Assembly: GCA_947626035.1 (NCBI GenBank)
Contig: CANQQR010000001.1
Location: 13,096 to 77,095, forward strand
Length of the DNA: 64,000 nucleotides
Reading direction: 5' to 3'
Source of the DNA: an uncultured Bacilli bacterium
GTDB lineage: Bacteria; Bacillota_I; Bacilli_A; RF39; UBA660
Of this stretch, positions 9,165 to 19,005 are shown piece after piece (position 1 is the stretch's first letter; the number at the start of each line of letters is the position of its first letter). The notes under the pieces were generated by a model. The model was not told the DNA's origin. It made no database searches and worked only from the letters and a program-made list of their open reading frames with translations. A program made the translations under genes and the position numbers.

Positions 9165-9764
9165 TTAAATATTAATATTCCACTCTGGTCGGAAAAGCTG
9201 TCTATAGTACGCTTCTCTATCAAATCTATTTACTTTATCGCATTTTTCAAGAATAGTAAAGTTGTCTTCTGTAAGAAAAGGTCTCTTCTGACAGTGCTGC
9301 TGGATCCGCTTGTCTAAATGTTCAGTAGATCCAACATACATAATCTTATTATTATAAATAATAGCATAAACATAATTAGTAGAATCATATTTTTTTACGT
9401 CTTTCTTTATAGAGCATAAAGATGTCCTAGATACCCCAATTAATTTACATATTTCGCTATCCGATTTTGCAGGGAATCTATTCTTACATATATGATAAGC
9501 TATATACACAGAGGAATCTTTAAATATATGATCTCTAATAAACTGTAACTCTTCTGTTGTCAAATCAAAGGGATCATTTACTATAATATTTTCATTGGAA
9601 TCTTCAGATATTATTTCATCATCAACCAACTCTTTATAATATTTAGCTAACGATTGTCTACATTTACCAACTATTTTTGATAAACTACTATAATTAATTT
9701 TTTTCATTGTATGCTGATGTAATAACAAAAATAAATATACATCATTGGTTAGTAAATACCACAT
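9165..9764 (-). CDS. HTH plus GIY-YIG nuclease-domain protein (free-standing homing-endonuclease-like)
   Basis: C-terminal YVYAIIYNNKIMYVGSTEHLDKRIQQH... matches the GIY-YIG core; N-terminal HTH-like segments; strong RBS TAAGGAGA before ATG at 9764. Confidence 0.5.
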   Translation of the reverse strand: MWYLLTNDVYLFLLLHQHTMKKINYSSLSKIVGKCRQSLAKYYKELVDDEIISEDSNENIIVNDPFDLTTEELQFIRDHIFKDSSVYIAYHICKNRFPAKSDSEICKLIGVSRTSLCSIKKDVKKYDSTNYVYAIIYNNKIMYVGSTEHLDKRIQQHCQKRPFLTEDNFTILEKCDKVNRFDREAYYRQLFRPEWNINI

Positions 9765-9934
9765 TTGTTAAAATCTCCTTATCTACTTTTATAAGTTATA
9801 AAAAAATAGGTCAGAAAAATTTTAACATCTTGACCATCTTATAACTTTTCTTCCGACCCCAATCTCTTCATTCGATTTACTTATCATACTTTCGACATCT
9901 TTATATTTGTCCAAAAATTCCAACAAAACAAACT

Positions 9935-10255
9935 TTACCTAGGCATATCACTAAATGACCAATGCTCACCTTCACCATCAGTTAACATTAAGTAACCATA
10001 GTCAATTAACTCATCATAAAAACTCTCAAGTTCCTCCTCAGTCACATTACAGAACTTCATAATCTCTTCATTATCAAGCACATAATCATTATCATCTTCC
10101 AAAACGCCCAAACACATCCATACCTTAAAACCTTCTGTTGATAAAAGCTTCATAGCTATCTTAGTAGCCTGATCGTCAAATATTACTTCTCTCTTATCAT
10201 CACTGAACGCGGTTTGCAGGTTAATGGCGTCTTTGACCTTACTCTTTTTACCCAT
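9935..10255 (-). CDS. Hypothetical acidic protein
   Basis: ORF with GGAGGTGAAGATAG-type RBS on minus strand. Confidence 0.4.
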   Translation of the reverse strand: MGKKSKVKDAINLQTAFSDDKREVIFDDQATKIAMKLLSTEGFKVWMCLGVLEDDNDYVLDNEEIMKFCNVTEEELESFYDELIDYGYLMLTDGEGEHWSFSDMPR

Positions 10256-10271
10256 CTATCTTCACCTCCTC

Positions 10272-10562
10272 TTAATCCTGATACCCGCAGCAGTTATATC
10301 CCTTCTGCCACTCCTCAAAAGACAAAGGACTCTTCTCATATCCACTCTTCAGATACTTCAAATACTCCTTATACTCAGCATCTTCTGCGTCTTCCTTCTC
10401 CAACGCTTCTATCCTAGCCCTCAACATAGCAATCTGACCGTCAAGCCTACCAATCTTATCATCATAATCAACAGCTAAAGTACCAAGAATACCAGCTAAA
10501 CTAATCAAAGCCAAAATAATAAAAACATAAATCACACGGTTACCCTCCCTATAAGACGTCAC
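10272..10562 (-). CDS. Small membrane/coiled-coil protein
   Basis: N-terminal TM helix then a heptad-like segment LDGQIAMLRARIEALEKE. Confidence 0.4.
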   Translation of the reverse strand: MTSYREGNRVIYVFIILALISLAGILGTLAVDYDDKIGRLDGQIAMLRARIEALEKEDAEDAEYKEYLKYLKSGYEKSPLSFEEWQKGYNCCGYQD

Positions 10563-10566
10563 AGGT

Positions 10567-10722
10567 TCAGTTCAAGTCTTCATAACCACGAACCTGCATT
10601 ATTAAATATGTCACTTGGTTCTCAAGCTTTTCAACTCTACTATCCAACTGACCTAACTTCCAACCAATAAAATAACATAATCCAACTAAACAAACACCAC
10701 TAAAAATACCTAATACAATCAT
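10567..10722 (-). CDS. Small membrane/coiled-coil protein, possible paralog of 10272-10562 (not in ORF track)
   Basis: 52-aa ORF with the same TM-then-coiled-coil pattern; weak RBS. Confidence 0.25.
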   Translation of the reverse strand: MIVLGIFSGVCLVGLCYFIGWKLGQLDSRVEKLENQVTYLIMQVRGYEDLN

Positions 10723-10808
10723 CGCGGTTTCCGGGTCTATGGATGTCAGTGAGGCAACTATAAAACGCCACTAACCCACAGCCCGCGTCTCCTTTCTTTC
10801 TCTTGATG

Positions 10809-10873
10809 AGAGTGAATGCTTGCATTCACTCTTTCTATACTTATATTATAACAAAAATTCTCATCTTTGTCAA
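10809..10873 (-). promoter_or_regulatory. Minus-strand consensus promoter (TTGACA...TTATAATAT) plus leader hairpin agagtgaatgc-N3-gcattcactct
   Basis: Reverse complement of 10845-10873 gives TTGACAaagatgagaatttttgTTATAATATA; hairpin at 10809-10832. Confidence 0.5.
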
Positions 10874-10975
10874 CTCCTCACCCGCAAACCGCATACACTT
10901 GACAAATTTTAAAAATTTTGTTACAATTAAAATGTCCAAAGAAAAACAAAAGGAAAGAAAGGTGCTAGATCTATT

Positions 10976-11206
10976 ATGACAATACGAGAATTAATTAACA
11001 AATTAACAGTATTAAGTAATGTTCCTGATCTATCTCTTGATAGTGAAATATCTATCTTCAATAGTTCTATATACATAGGACAACCAAATAAATACTTTAT
11101 CATGATAGATCCATACGATGACAATACCGCATATGGCTATTTAGTACCATTAACACCAAAGGGAGAAAATGATGACATTAACACAAGAGCAAAAAGAAGC
11201 AATTAG
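10976..11206 (+). CDS. Hypothetical small protein
   Basis: ORF downstream of promoter at ~10895-10930. Confidence 0.35.
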   Translation: MTIRELINKLTVLSNVPDLSLDSEISIFNSSIYIGQPNKYFIMIDPYDDNTAYGYLVPLTPKGENDDINTRAKRSN

Positions 11207-11420
11207 TAAATTAACAGACGAGGAAAGAGAAGTTATTGCGGCCTTGGGCAAAATTGCTAAATATACGAAACATCGCAACCTATGTGACGGCCCAAATGGT
11301 ATGTGTATGTTCTGGAATCCTAACGACCGCATTTGTATATTAAGAACCTACGATTGCCCAGAAGCCTGGATTAAAATGTTAGGATTCTACGCAGCTATAT
11401 TAGAGGATGAAGATACATGA
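11169..11420 (+). CDS. Hypothetical small Cys-containing protein
   Basis: ORF overlapping the previous gene by 38 nt. Confidence 0.4.
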   Translation: MMTLTQEQKEAISKLTDEEREVIAALGKIAKYTKHRNLCDGPNGMCMFWNPNDRICILRTYDCPEAWIKMLGFYAAILEDEDT

Positions 11421-11477
11421 TTCATCCTTTATTTTTTAAAAAAATTTTGTTATAATATATATAGAAAGTTAAGGGAG

Positions 11478-11657
11478 ATGGTAAAAATGACAAATTATAA
11501 AGCAAGTGTTTGGGTCATTGATAAGCACGGCGAAGAAAGAGTTCTTGACGCCTGCACAGTCGCAGAAAACACAAGAGAAGCAATCAACAAAATGAAAAAT
11601 TTCTTAGCTAAGTATGATGACAAAGTTATCCAGATCACTATTTGGGAGGAGAGATGA
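11478..11657 (+). CDS. Hypothetical small protein (59 aa, below ORF-track cutoff)
   Basis: ATG 11478 after AAGGGAG RBS and a consensus promoter at ~11425-11462. Confidence 0.35.
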   Translation: MVKMTNYKASVWVIDKHGEERVLDACTVAENTREAINKMKNFLAKYDDKVIQITIWEER

Positions 11658-11660
11658 GCT

Positions 11661-11960
11661 ATGACGCACTGGGAATTAATTGATGAAGCGGTTGCCCTTG
11701 CCGCAGAAATTGAAGAAGCTATGGGAATTGAAGAGAACAACGCATCTATCAAAGCGCGGGTTCTCGATTGGTATAACCATACCGATGTATGTGACGCAGA
11801 GATGCTGGCCGCCGCATCAATGCATGGTTCATTTCAGTCTGTTGATTATAATACGCTTTGTATATGGCACGATGAATATTTCTTTCCTATGAACTGCCAT
11901 GCAAACATCTTCTCTATTGGAGAGATTGAAGATTCCTACCGTGATAAATTATGGAGGTGA
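11661..11960 (+). CDS. Hypothetical protein
   Basis: ORF coupled to upstream gene. Confidence 0.4.
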   Translation: MTHWELIDEAVALAAEIEEAMGIEENNASIKARVLDWYNHTDVCDAEMLAAASMHGSFQSVDYNTLCIWHDEYFFPMNCHANIFSIGEIEDSYRDKLWR

Positions 11961-11964
11961 GTAA

Positions 11965-12165
11965 ATGAAGTTCTTAACTAAGTTTGCAACAATTCTCGCG
12001 TTCTGCCTATGTATTTATATGAGCATATCAACATTTATGATGACTGGCATTATCCTTAATGCTATTTTTCCCTTCATCCCTTTATTGATGACATTCGTAG
12101 GTAGTACAATTGGACTTATTATAATTTCACTTATTATCTTCGCAGTTTTTATTAAGGAGGAATGA
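11965..12165 (+). CDS. Small membrane protein (two TM helices)
   Basis: Hydrophobic 66-aa ORF. Confidence 0.4.
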   Translation: MKFLTKFATILAFCLCIYMSISTFMMTGIILNAIFPFIPLLMTFVGSTIGLIIISLIIFAVFIKEE

Positions 12166-12168
12166 GTT

Positions 12169-12735
12169 ATGACAAAGAGTGAGTGGATGACTAAAAATGG
12201 TTTTGATGAAAATGGCCTCACATGGTGCGTCTTTGGAGATAATACCTACTCAATAAAAGACGAATTAAAGGCGCTTGGATGCAAGTATCATCCAATCCTT
12301 CAGTGGCACTCACCTGAACCACTCGATGTACCAACTGGTTATGGGATGTTTTCTCTTAGATTGACAGACGTCGCGGTATGGGATGAGATTAACCAAGCCT
12401 TTTTCTTTACTGAGGATGGTATTACCGCGATAGATGCTAAGTTCGCATCGTACAATGGAACCAGTCTATCACAATTTGTAGGCAAGATTGGTGAGCACCT
12501 TATAGCCACGACCGCGCTTCTCCGCAGTCATCAACTCTATAATTGTCAGTATGGACTTACTAATATTTACACTTTTTCTATTGGTGATGACATTCTTGTT
12601 TGGGTCACATCAACCTCGCCAGATATTTCAGTAGGTGATGTTGTAAGTCTATCTGGTACTATCGTCAAACATGAAGTCCGTAAGGGAACAAAGACAACCC
12701 GCATTTCAAGATGCAAAGTATGTGCAATAGGTTGA
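12169..12735 (+). CDS. Hypothetical protein
   Basis: ORF with AGGAGG RBS. Confidence 0.45.
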   Translation: MTKSEWMTKNGFDENGLTWCVFGDNTYSIKDELKALGCKYHPILQWHSPEPLDVPTGYGMFSLRLTDVAVWDEINQAFFFTEDGITAIDAKFASYNGTSLSQFVGKIGEHLIATTALLRSHQLYNCQYGLTNIYTFSIGDDILVWVTSTSPDISVGDVVSLSGTIVKHEVRKGTKTTRISRCKVCAIG

Positions 12736-12824
12736 GGTCATTCCTCAACCTTTATTTTTTATAAAAATTATGATATAATAATAGTATGATAAAAAAAGAA
12801 GACGAACGAAATAGGTGGTGCTTA

Positions 12825-13498
12825 TGACTGACAAAGAGATTTTAACATTATTTAAAGATTGTGATTTTGACGATTTAAATGAAGATAATTTTAATCAAAA
12901 TGTCTTAAGTCGCTTACCCGCGGGGTTCCGCTATGATTACTTCTATGGGGCAACTAAATTAGTCCTCATACCCGCAAACCGCGATTTTGTCATTAAGATG
13001 CCATATAAGGGGACTAACATGGAGTGCTGCGAGGGAGCTAATTTTGATATTTACGGTAACCCGCGCTCTCATAGCTACGATCATTGCGCGAGAGAATTAA
13101 TTCTCTACCATGAAGCTAAAAACTCTGGTGTTGCACCAATTCTCTTGAAAAACCACTATGTTGGAGAAGTCAACGACGAAGCTATTTATACACAAAAGAT
13201 AGCGCAGACTTTTGATGACTACTATGATACTCCATTCTTCTTCAATGAGTACTCAATTCACTCACCAAAAGAGATAGAAGCCATGAAAGATAGTTATCAA
13301 AGGAGTCCATACCGTTACAACCAGTATGCAGAGCGGTATAACGCTTGGCTAGTAGATGTACACATCTATTATGGTGAGAAAATGTTCGCGGCAATTCTTG
13401 ATTTTATTAATAACTACATCGAAGATCTGCACGCAAATAACATTGGTTATGCTAATGATAGACCAGTTATATTGGATTATGCGGGTCTCTTGATATAA
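12825..13498 (+). CDS. Hypothetical protein
   Basis: ATG 12825 downstream of consensus promoter ~12755-12790. Confidence 0.45.
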
Positions 13499-13537
13499 GA
13501 CGCCATGTACACAGCTAAATCAGAAAGGAGCGAGGTT

Positions 13538-14008
13538 ATGAGCATTGGAATTGACGAAGCATTACATGCTATTAAGAGCATCACAGAAGCACATGAAAAT
13601 AACATACAATACTTAGTAGAAGAAAATAAGAAGTTGCGGGATGAGCATTATAAAGACACGGAATTGGCAGATATGAAACGTCAATTAGACAGCCTTAAGG
13701 AAGCCTACTACCGCGGGTTTCCGCTTACAGAGCAAGAAAAAGCACAAATTGATCAATGGCAAAAGATCCATGACACTAATGAACATAATAATCCTACGGG
13801 ATACCATGGAGTGAGCGGCGGTGGTTTTGCTTATATGTTTTATCCTACTGCTATTGGTATTCTTACTAAGTGTCGTTGTAATATCTGTCATAAAAGAGCG
13901 TTGAATTATGCTGTTACCAATAGCATGGTAAAAAATGAATTTGATTTAGCTATGTATAATGAGTATATGCGTGATCACAATGCACTCATTGAATTTGAAG
14001 ATTACTAA
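13538..14008 (+). CDS. Hypothetical protein with C-terminal Cys cluster
   Basis: ATG 13538 after AAAGGAG; motif CRCNICHKRAL. Confidence 0.4.
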   Translation: MSIGIDEALHAIKSITEAHENNIQYLVEENKKLRDEHYKDTELADMKRQLDSLKEAYYRGFPLTEQEKAQIDQWQKIHDTNEHNNPTGYHGVSGGGFAYMFYPTAIGILTKCRCNICHKRALNYAVTNSMVKNEFDLAMYNEYMRDHNALIEFEDY

Positions 14009-14019
14009 GGAGGTGTACC

Positions 14020-14217
14020 ATGGCTAAAACACGCGAAATAGTTTGTAAATTTTATGTTTGCAAAGGTCAGTGTGAACGCGGTCGATTGGCGGATTTCTAT
14101 GGTCAATGCCAACATTGCAACCTCTATGAACCTCTCAAAGGCGCACGCCCGCGCAGAAAAAACCTCCGCCGCGAGAAGAAAGAGAAAATAGCTAACGACA
14201 GAAGGGAATGGGAATGA
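14020..14217 (+). CDS. Small zinc-ribbon-like protein
   Basis: CKFYVCKGQCERG...CQHCNLY has 7 Cys in 65 aa. Confidence 0.4.
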   Translation: MAKTREIVCKFYVCKGQCERGRLADFYGQCQHCNLYEPLKGARPRRKNLRREKKEKIANDRREWE

Positions 14218-14411
14218 AAATGTTTGAAGGACGCAAATGGCATAAGAAATGGAAAGAAATGAGTAAAATCATTGATGAATATATTGAAGAATACCAACTT
14301 TGGGCGGATACATTTGAAGAGAAGAAAAAAGAAGATATGTTGAATCCATATAATCAGGCAGTGTGCGCATTGATCGACATAAAGAACGAATTTGAATCGC
14401 TTGAAAAATAA
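14208..14411 (+). CDS. Hypothetical small protein
   Basis: ORF overlapping the upstream stop. Confidence 0.35.
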   Translation: MGMKMFEGRKWHKKWKEMSKIIDEYIEEYQLWADTFEEKKKEDMLNPYNQAVCALIDIKNEFESLEK

Positions 14412-14431
14412 AAAAGAAAGGAAACACACAC

Positions 14432-14677
14432 ATGGATCATTTATTAATTGTAATAGATATGCAAAATGATTTTATCACTGGCTCTCTTGGTTCACCAGAA
14501 GCTAGAGCTATTGTACCACACGTTCATAATTTAATTGAAGGTTGGGTTGGCCCAATTATCTACACAAAAGATACTCACGGTGATAATTACTTAGATACTC
14601 TTGAGGGCCAGAAGTTACCAGTCCCGCTATTAAAGCTAAGATTGATGTATTACATGAGATTAATCAGTTTAAGCTAA
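14432..14677 (+). pseudogene. Truncated isochorismatase/nicotinamidase-family fragment (N-terminal ~68 aa only)
   Basis: LLIVIDMQNDFITGSLGSPEA...IIYTKDTH is the classic cysteine-hydrolase N-terminus; the ORF stops after 81 aa, before the catalytic Cys region; a C-terminal-like remnant sits in another frame at 14680-14745. Confidence 0.5.
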
Positions 14678-14734
14678 AGTCTATGGAAGCATATAGTCCA
14701 GCTATTTATTTTAAATGTTCATGGGAGGAAGAAT

Positions 14735-14768
14735 AGAGCAGGGTACATACTCTGCTCTTTATTTTTTA
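14735..14768 (+). terminator. Rho-independent terminator
   Basis: Hairpin agagcagggtacatactctgctct followed by ttatttttt. Confidence 0.55.
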
Positions 14769-14824
14769 AAAAATTTTTGTTATAATATATGTATAAGAAA
14801 GAGTAAATGCAAAACATTTACTCT
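14769..14824 (+). promoter_or_regulatory. Consensus phage promoter (TTTTTAAAAAATTTTTGTTATAATATATGTATAAG) with leader hairpin agagtaaatgc-aaaa-catttactct (14800-14824)
   Basis: TATAAT at 14781-14786; the same promoter family has more than 25 copies in the window; hairpin conserved at 21176-21200, 27926-27951 and 10809-10832. Confidence 0.6.
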
Positions 14825-14843
14825 TAAATGAGAGAGGAGAGAT

Positions 14844-15041
14844 ATGAATATGTTTTATAAATATGTAGTAGAGTTTTATGATGAAGAAGAACTTGATGAT
14901 AATACTGCACATGGCTTGGTATATGGCGAAAATATGGCGGAGGCCGCGCAGAAAGTACTTAACTATTATGATACTGTGTTCCATATCGAAATAGAAGAAA
15001 GCGATTTTGATTTAGTATACGAGCTTGAAGAGGAGGACTAA
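14844..15041 (+). CDS. Hypothetical acidic protein
   Basis: ORF with GAGAGGAGAG RBS. Confidence 0.4.
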   Translation: MNMFYKYVVEFYDEEELDDNTAHGLVYGENMAEAAQKVLNYYDTVFHIEIEESDFDLVYELEEED

Positions 15042-15043
15042 TC

Positions 15044-15262
15044 ATGGCAATTAATCCATACTATCCTTACATGGCTGAAGCGGAAGGATATCTTGATACA
15101 AGAGAAAGTAAGATTAGACGAGTCATCGCTGATGTAAAACGCTATCCTGACCCCGTAATGTCTCAGTCTGCTTTTGAGACTGTGTGTAAACTTAATGGAC
15201 TTAATCCATACAGTCTCTCAGAGCGCGAGCTCCGCAGAATTAAAACCGCGGTTGGTGGCTGA
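15044..15262 (+). CDS. Hypothetical small protein
   Basis: ORF coupled to upstream gene. Confidence 0.4.
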   Translation: MAINPYYPYMAEAEGYLDTRESKIRRVIADVKRYPDPVMSQSAFETVCKLNGLNPYSLSERELRRIKTAVGG

Positions 15263-15461
15263 CTCTTGAAAACTTAAAAAATTTTTGTTATAATATACTT
15301 ATCAAAGGGAAAGAAAGGTAATGTTGGTATAGTGAGCTGGACCGAAGAGTTGTTTTAACTGGGTCGGTTAGACGCCACTTGAAAACTTAAAAAATTTTTG
15401 TTATAATATCTATGTAAACAAACAAACAATATTTATTTATTTATGAAAAGGAGAAATTATC

Positions 15462-15866
15462 ATGGCAGACGTAAAGATGACTAAGAAGGACTGGTTTATG
15501 GCGATTCGTGAGCAGATTGAGACTTCCGACTGGGAGATGGCCGATGCTGCTCTGGAGTGGATTGACAAGCAGGTTGAGTCTCTGAATAACAGAGCTACCA
15601 AGGCTGCTGAGAGAGCCGCTGATAAGAGGGCGGAAGGGGATGCTCTGCGTGAGATCGTTGCTAGTATGGTCACTGACGAGTGGCAGACTGGTGAGCAGAT
15701 TACCGCTGCGGTAGTCGCGACTGGTGAGGATGTAACCAAGGCTAAGGTCGTTGCAAGGCTGTCTCAGTTGGTTAAAAACCATACTGTGGAAAAGGGTTCC
15801 ATCAAGGATGATGGTCGTCGGATTATTGCTTACCGCAATTACACTGGCGAAGCTGAAGAGGAGTAA
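15462..15866 (+). CDS. Early protein, paralog family A (copy 3, most divergent)
   Basis: MADVKMTKKDWF... parallels MADKKVTKKDRY... of 504-923; preceded by two tandem consensus promoters (15270-15305 and 15385-15420). Confidence 0.55.
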   Translation: MADVKMTKKDWFMAIREQIETSDWEMADAALEWIDKQVESLNNRATKAAERAADKRAEGDALREIVASMVTDEWQTGEQITAAVVATGEDVTKAKVVARLSQLVKNHTVEKGSIKDDGRRIIAYRNYTGEAEEE

Positions 15867-15916
15867 TTAGATAAGGGTGGTATTAAACCACCCTTATTAT
15901 TTTAGGAGGAATATAA

Positions 15917-16738
15917 ATGAAGTATTGTGTCTACTATAAGCCAGGCTTCCGCTATGCGAAAGAGGTAGATGAACTTATTATTACATACAATAGACGTGAT
16001 ACTAGCTTACAGGACTTCCTTAGGGAGCATCCAGATCAGCGTATTTTAATCTACGTCGCGGATCCGCAAGATTTTTGGGATAATAAGTGTCAGAACTATT
16101 TTTTTGCTATGCAGAAACAAGGTAATTTTCCAAAATTTGCTTTAGTTTTTCCAAAATACGATGGTGGAATCACAAAAAAAATAATCGAGGCTCTAATTAC
16201 TGATGAAGTAAAAATTCCTTACTTTTTTGAACTTCCTGCAACAAGCTGGGATACGCTACAAGGCTATCTTGATTTAGGTGTTTCTGACGTTTATATCGCG
16301 GAAGAGTTGGGGTTTAGTATGGCGGCGGTCAGCAGAGTTTGTAAAGAACGCGGGTGCCAGGTTAGATGCTACCCAAACGTGGCCCAATCATCATGGACCG
16401 GGACCCCCGCGATGAAAAAATTCTTTATCCGCCCTGAAGATGTTAAAAGATATGAGGAATATGTAGATGTCTTAGAAATTTGGGGCAGATCCGAGTCTCT
16501 TGAGACTATGTACCGCATCTACGCTAAAGATCAAAGATGGGCAGGCCCGCTGAAAGAACTCATTACCTCTTTTGATCCATCTATTGATGTTAATAATGCT
16601 TGCATTGATCACTGGTTTGCTATGCGGCGAATGTCGTGTGATAAGCGATGCAACAAGGGCTATTACTGCGATACCTGCAATGCTATTGTTAAGTTAGCGA
16701 ATGTGTTGGAACAATACAACGTCATTGTGAAAGATTGA
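15917..16738 (+). CDS. Hypothetical protein with C-terminal 4-Cys cluster
   Basis: 273-aa ORF; motif CDKRCNKGYYCDTC; no confident family assignment. Confidence 0.45.
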   Translation: MKYCVYYKPGFRYAKEVDELIITYNRRDTSLQDFLREHPDQRILIYVADPQDFWDNKCQNYFFAMQKQGNFPKFALVFPKYDGGITKKIIEALITDEVKIPYFFELPATSWDTLQGYLDLGVSDVYIAEELGFSMAAVSRVCKERGCQVRCYPNVAQSSWTGTPAMKKFFIRPEDVKRYEEYVDVLEIWGRSESLETMYRIYAKDQRWAGPLKELITSFDPSIDVNNACIDHWFAMRRMSCDKRCNKGYYCDTCNAIVKLANVLEQYNVIVKD

Positions 16739-16902
16739 TTTTTAATAAAAATTTTGTTATAATATATTTATCAAAAGAAACAAAGGAGATAAGAGTAATG
16801 GCGGCTAAGAAAGGTTGGGCAACACCTTTTAATCGTTTTTAATGAAATTTTATATAAAGTATAAAGGAGGATGATATTATAAACTCAGAATATACTTTAT
16901 AT

Positions 16903-17640
16903 ATGCACAGGAATAAACGAAATGGTAAGGTATATATAGGAATAACAAGACAAAATCCACCAGAAAAAAGGTGGGCAAAAGGTAGAGGCTATCATCATAA
17001 TGAATATTTCCGTGCCGCTATTGAAAAAGATGGATGGGAAGAAGGTTTTGAACATATTATTTTAGAGGATCATTTATCTCAAGAAGAGGCTTGTAAAAAG
17101 GAAAAAGAATTAATTAAAGCATATGATGCGACGAATCCAGAAAAGGGTTACAACCTAGCAGATGGAGGCGTTCATCTCGGTCCCACATCTTTTGAAAAAC
17201 TGACAGAATGGCACAACACGCATAAGAAATTTGGTAAAGATAATGTGTCTTCAAAAAGAGTTAGATGTATTGAAACCAATGATGTTTTTGGATCAATATC
17301 TGAAGCTTGTAGATGGTGTGATTCAACAAAAGTTGGAGAGTGTTGTAGAGGACATAGAAAACATGCAGGTACCCATCCTAAAACTGGAATACAATTATCT
17401 TGGGAATACGTGGATGATGATACAGAAGTTACTATAATATGCAATGAACATCAAGATAATGAATACAGATGGAAACCAACAGATAAATACAAGAAAGTTA
17501 TGTGTATAGAGACAGAAGAAGTTTTTAGAACTGAAGCAGAAGCGTGTAAAAAGTATGGGGCAGCGCGAGGAACGATAGGACGTGCATGTTCGGGCAAAAG
17601 AAAAAGTGCTTTAGGAAAACATTGGAAATGGGTAGAATGA
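16903..17640 (+). CDS. GIY-YIG homing endonuclease (free-standing, I-TevI/Seg-like)
   Basis: N-terminal GKVYIGIT...R...GYN...E matches the GIY-YIG core; C-terminal repeated V.CIETN/E.VF.S..EAC.. NUMOD-like DNA-binding modules. Confidence 0.65.
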   Translation: MHRNKRNGKVYIGITRQNPPEKRWAKGRGYHHNEYFRAAIEKDGWEEGFEHIILEDHLSQEEACKKEKELIKAYDATNPEKGYNLADGGVHLGPTSFEKLTEWHNTHKKFGKDNVSSKRVRCIETNDVFGSISEACRWCDSTKVGECCRGHRKHAGTHPKTGIQLSWEYVDDDTEVTIICNEHQDNEYRWKPTDKYKKVMCIETEEVFRTEAEACKKYGAARGTIGRACSGKRKSALGKHWKWVE

Positions 17641-17653
17641 AAGGAGAATAATT

Positions 17654-17977
17654 ATGGTTAAGGGAGCGGTTAGTAAGGAAAAGATTAAGAACAAGATCCT
17701 TGAGGTATTTCCAGGTAGTTTTTTGTATGACGGCGGGAAAGAGATTCGTATTCCGATGATGGAGGATGGAATCCCCGTCCAAATCAAAGTAGGTCTGACT
17801 GCTGCAAAAACTAATGTAGAACCAGAAGGTTTAGGTCCTAGGTCAATGGCAGTAGTTGATTCAATTGGAGCATTTCCAAATATTGAAGCAGAACCGCCTA
17901 AGAATTTTATGAACGAACCCTCTGACGCAGAGAAGGCAACAGTGGCGGAGTTACTGAAGACATTAGGTTTAGCGTAA
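17654..17977 (+). CDS. Hypothetical protein
   Basis: ORF with GGAGA RBS. Confidence 0.4.
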   Translation: MVKGAVSKEKIKNKILEVFPGSFLYDGGKEIRIPMMEDGIPVQIKVGLTAAKTNVEPEGLGPRSMAVVDSIGAFPNIEAEPPKNFMNEPSDAEKATVAELLKTLGLA

Positions 17978-17995
17978 AATAAAGGAGGTTAAGTC

Positions 17996-18289
17996 ATGGC
18001 ACACATTTATCATTTATCTGAGTGGGAGAGCGGTTCCGGTCTTTGGTGGTATTGCGAGGATGTGTCTGACTTAACTGGACCCTCCGCAAAATGGTGGGCG
18101 CCCGCCCGCGTCTTAGGATTATCTCTTACAGACTTTATTCTCTTGTTGAAGGACACATACCACGCTACTATTGGTAAGTATAATCCAGAGACAGATTATC
18201 TTGATATTAAATGGAAGAAGTATAGCGACATGCACAAATATGTGCTTTATGTCAACAAGGTAGCAAGAAATAAAAACTTCTTGGTCTAA
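17996..18289 (+). CDS. Hypothetical protein
   Basis: ORF with AGGAGG RBS. Confidence 0.4.
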   Translation: MAHIYHLSEWESGSGLWWYCEDVSDLTGPSAKWWAPARVLGLSLTDFILLLKDTYHATIGKYNPETDYLDIKWKKYSDMHKYVLYVNKVARNKNFLV

Positions 18290-18375
18290 AGTATTAAATT
18301 GATTTATTCTCTTTTTCAAAAGACATAAAGAGACCAGAACTATAAGGTCTTTAATTTTGAAAGGAGAAAATAATT

Positions 18376-18990
18376 ATGGCATATACTGTTTTGAAAAAGG
18401 AAGGTCAGAAGGGTAATATTGTTCACTTCTTAGCTGACACAACCGCTGACTATGCCTTTATTGTAGATGAATGCGATCCAGGCAGCACTATCATGGTATT
18501 AGATGAGCCAGAAGCAAAAGGTCCAGATACTTATATGAAAGCTCCATCTGGTAAATGGATTCATATAGATGGCCAGGGCGATAAAGGGCTTCCAGTTAAT
18601 AATGCTGTCGTCAAGATTCCCGCAGCTGATGTAATGAGAGGTGGGCTAAAAGTTGGCGATATGCAGAGTAATGTACAGGTTTATGAGAGTGGTCTTGTAA
18701 CTGGCACTGTTCACGCGGTAACTGGTAATACCTTATATAAAGGTACTCCTAATGGACACTTCTTAAACCTTGATATTCCTACGCCAGAAGGTACAGATGT
18801 AAAATTAACCATTAAGACAAATGGTACTAGCGATACTGAAAAGAAGGATCAAACTCCTGATGGCTCTCTATCCATTCGTCTTGAAAACCTAGATGAAAAG
18901 AAAGCGGATACTGTAACTATTGAGTTTAAGGATAGTGAGACTTCAGTAGGCTCTTATACCTTTAACCTATCTCAAATTAAGAGAGACTAA
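18376..18990 (+). CDS. Tandem paralog 1 of 3 (~204 aa), unknown function
   Basis: MAYTVLKKEGQKGNIVHFLADT...CDPGSTI...KAPSGKW...; these motifs recur in the next two genes. Confidence 0.5.
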   Translation: MAYTVLKKEGQKGNIVHFLADTTADYAFIVDECDPGSTIMVLDEPEAKGPDTYMKAPSGKWIHIDGQGDKGLPVNNAVVKIPAADVMRGGLKVGDMQSNVQVYESGLVTGTVHAVTGNTLYKGTPNGHFLNLDIPTPEGTDVKLTIKTNGTSDTEKKDQTPDGSLSIRLENLDEKKADTVTIEFKDSETSVGSYTFNLSQIKRD

Positions 18991-19005
18991 TAGGAGGTAG
19001 ATGTT

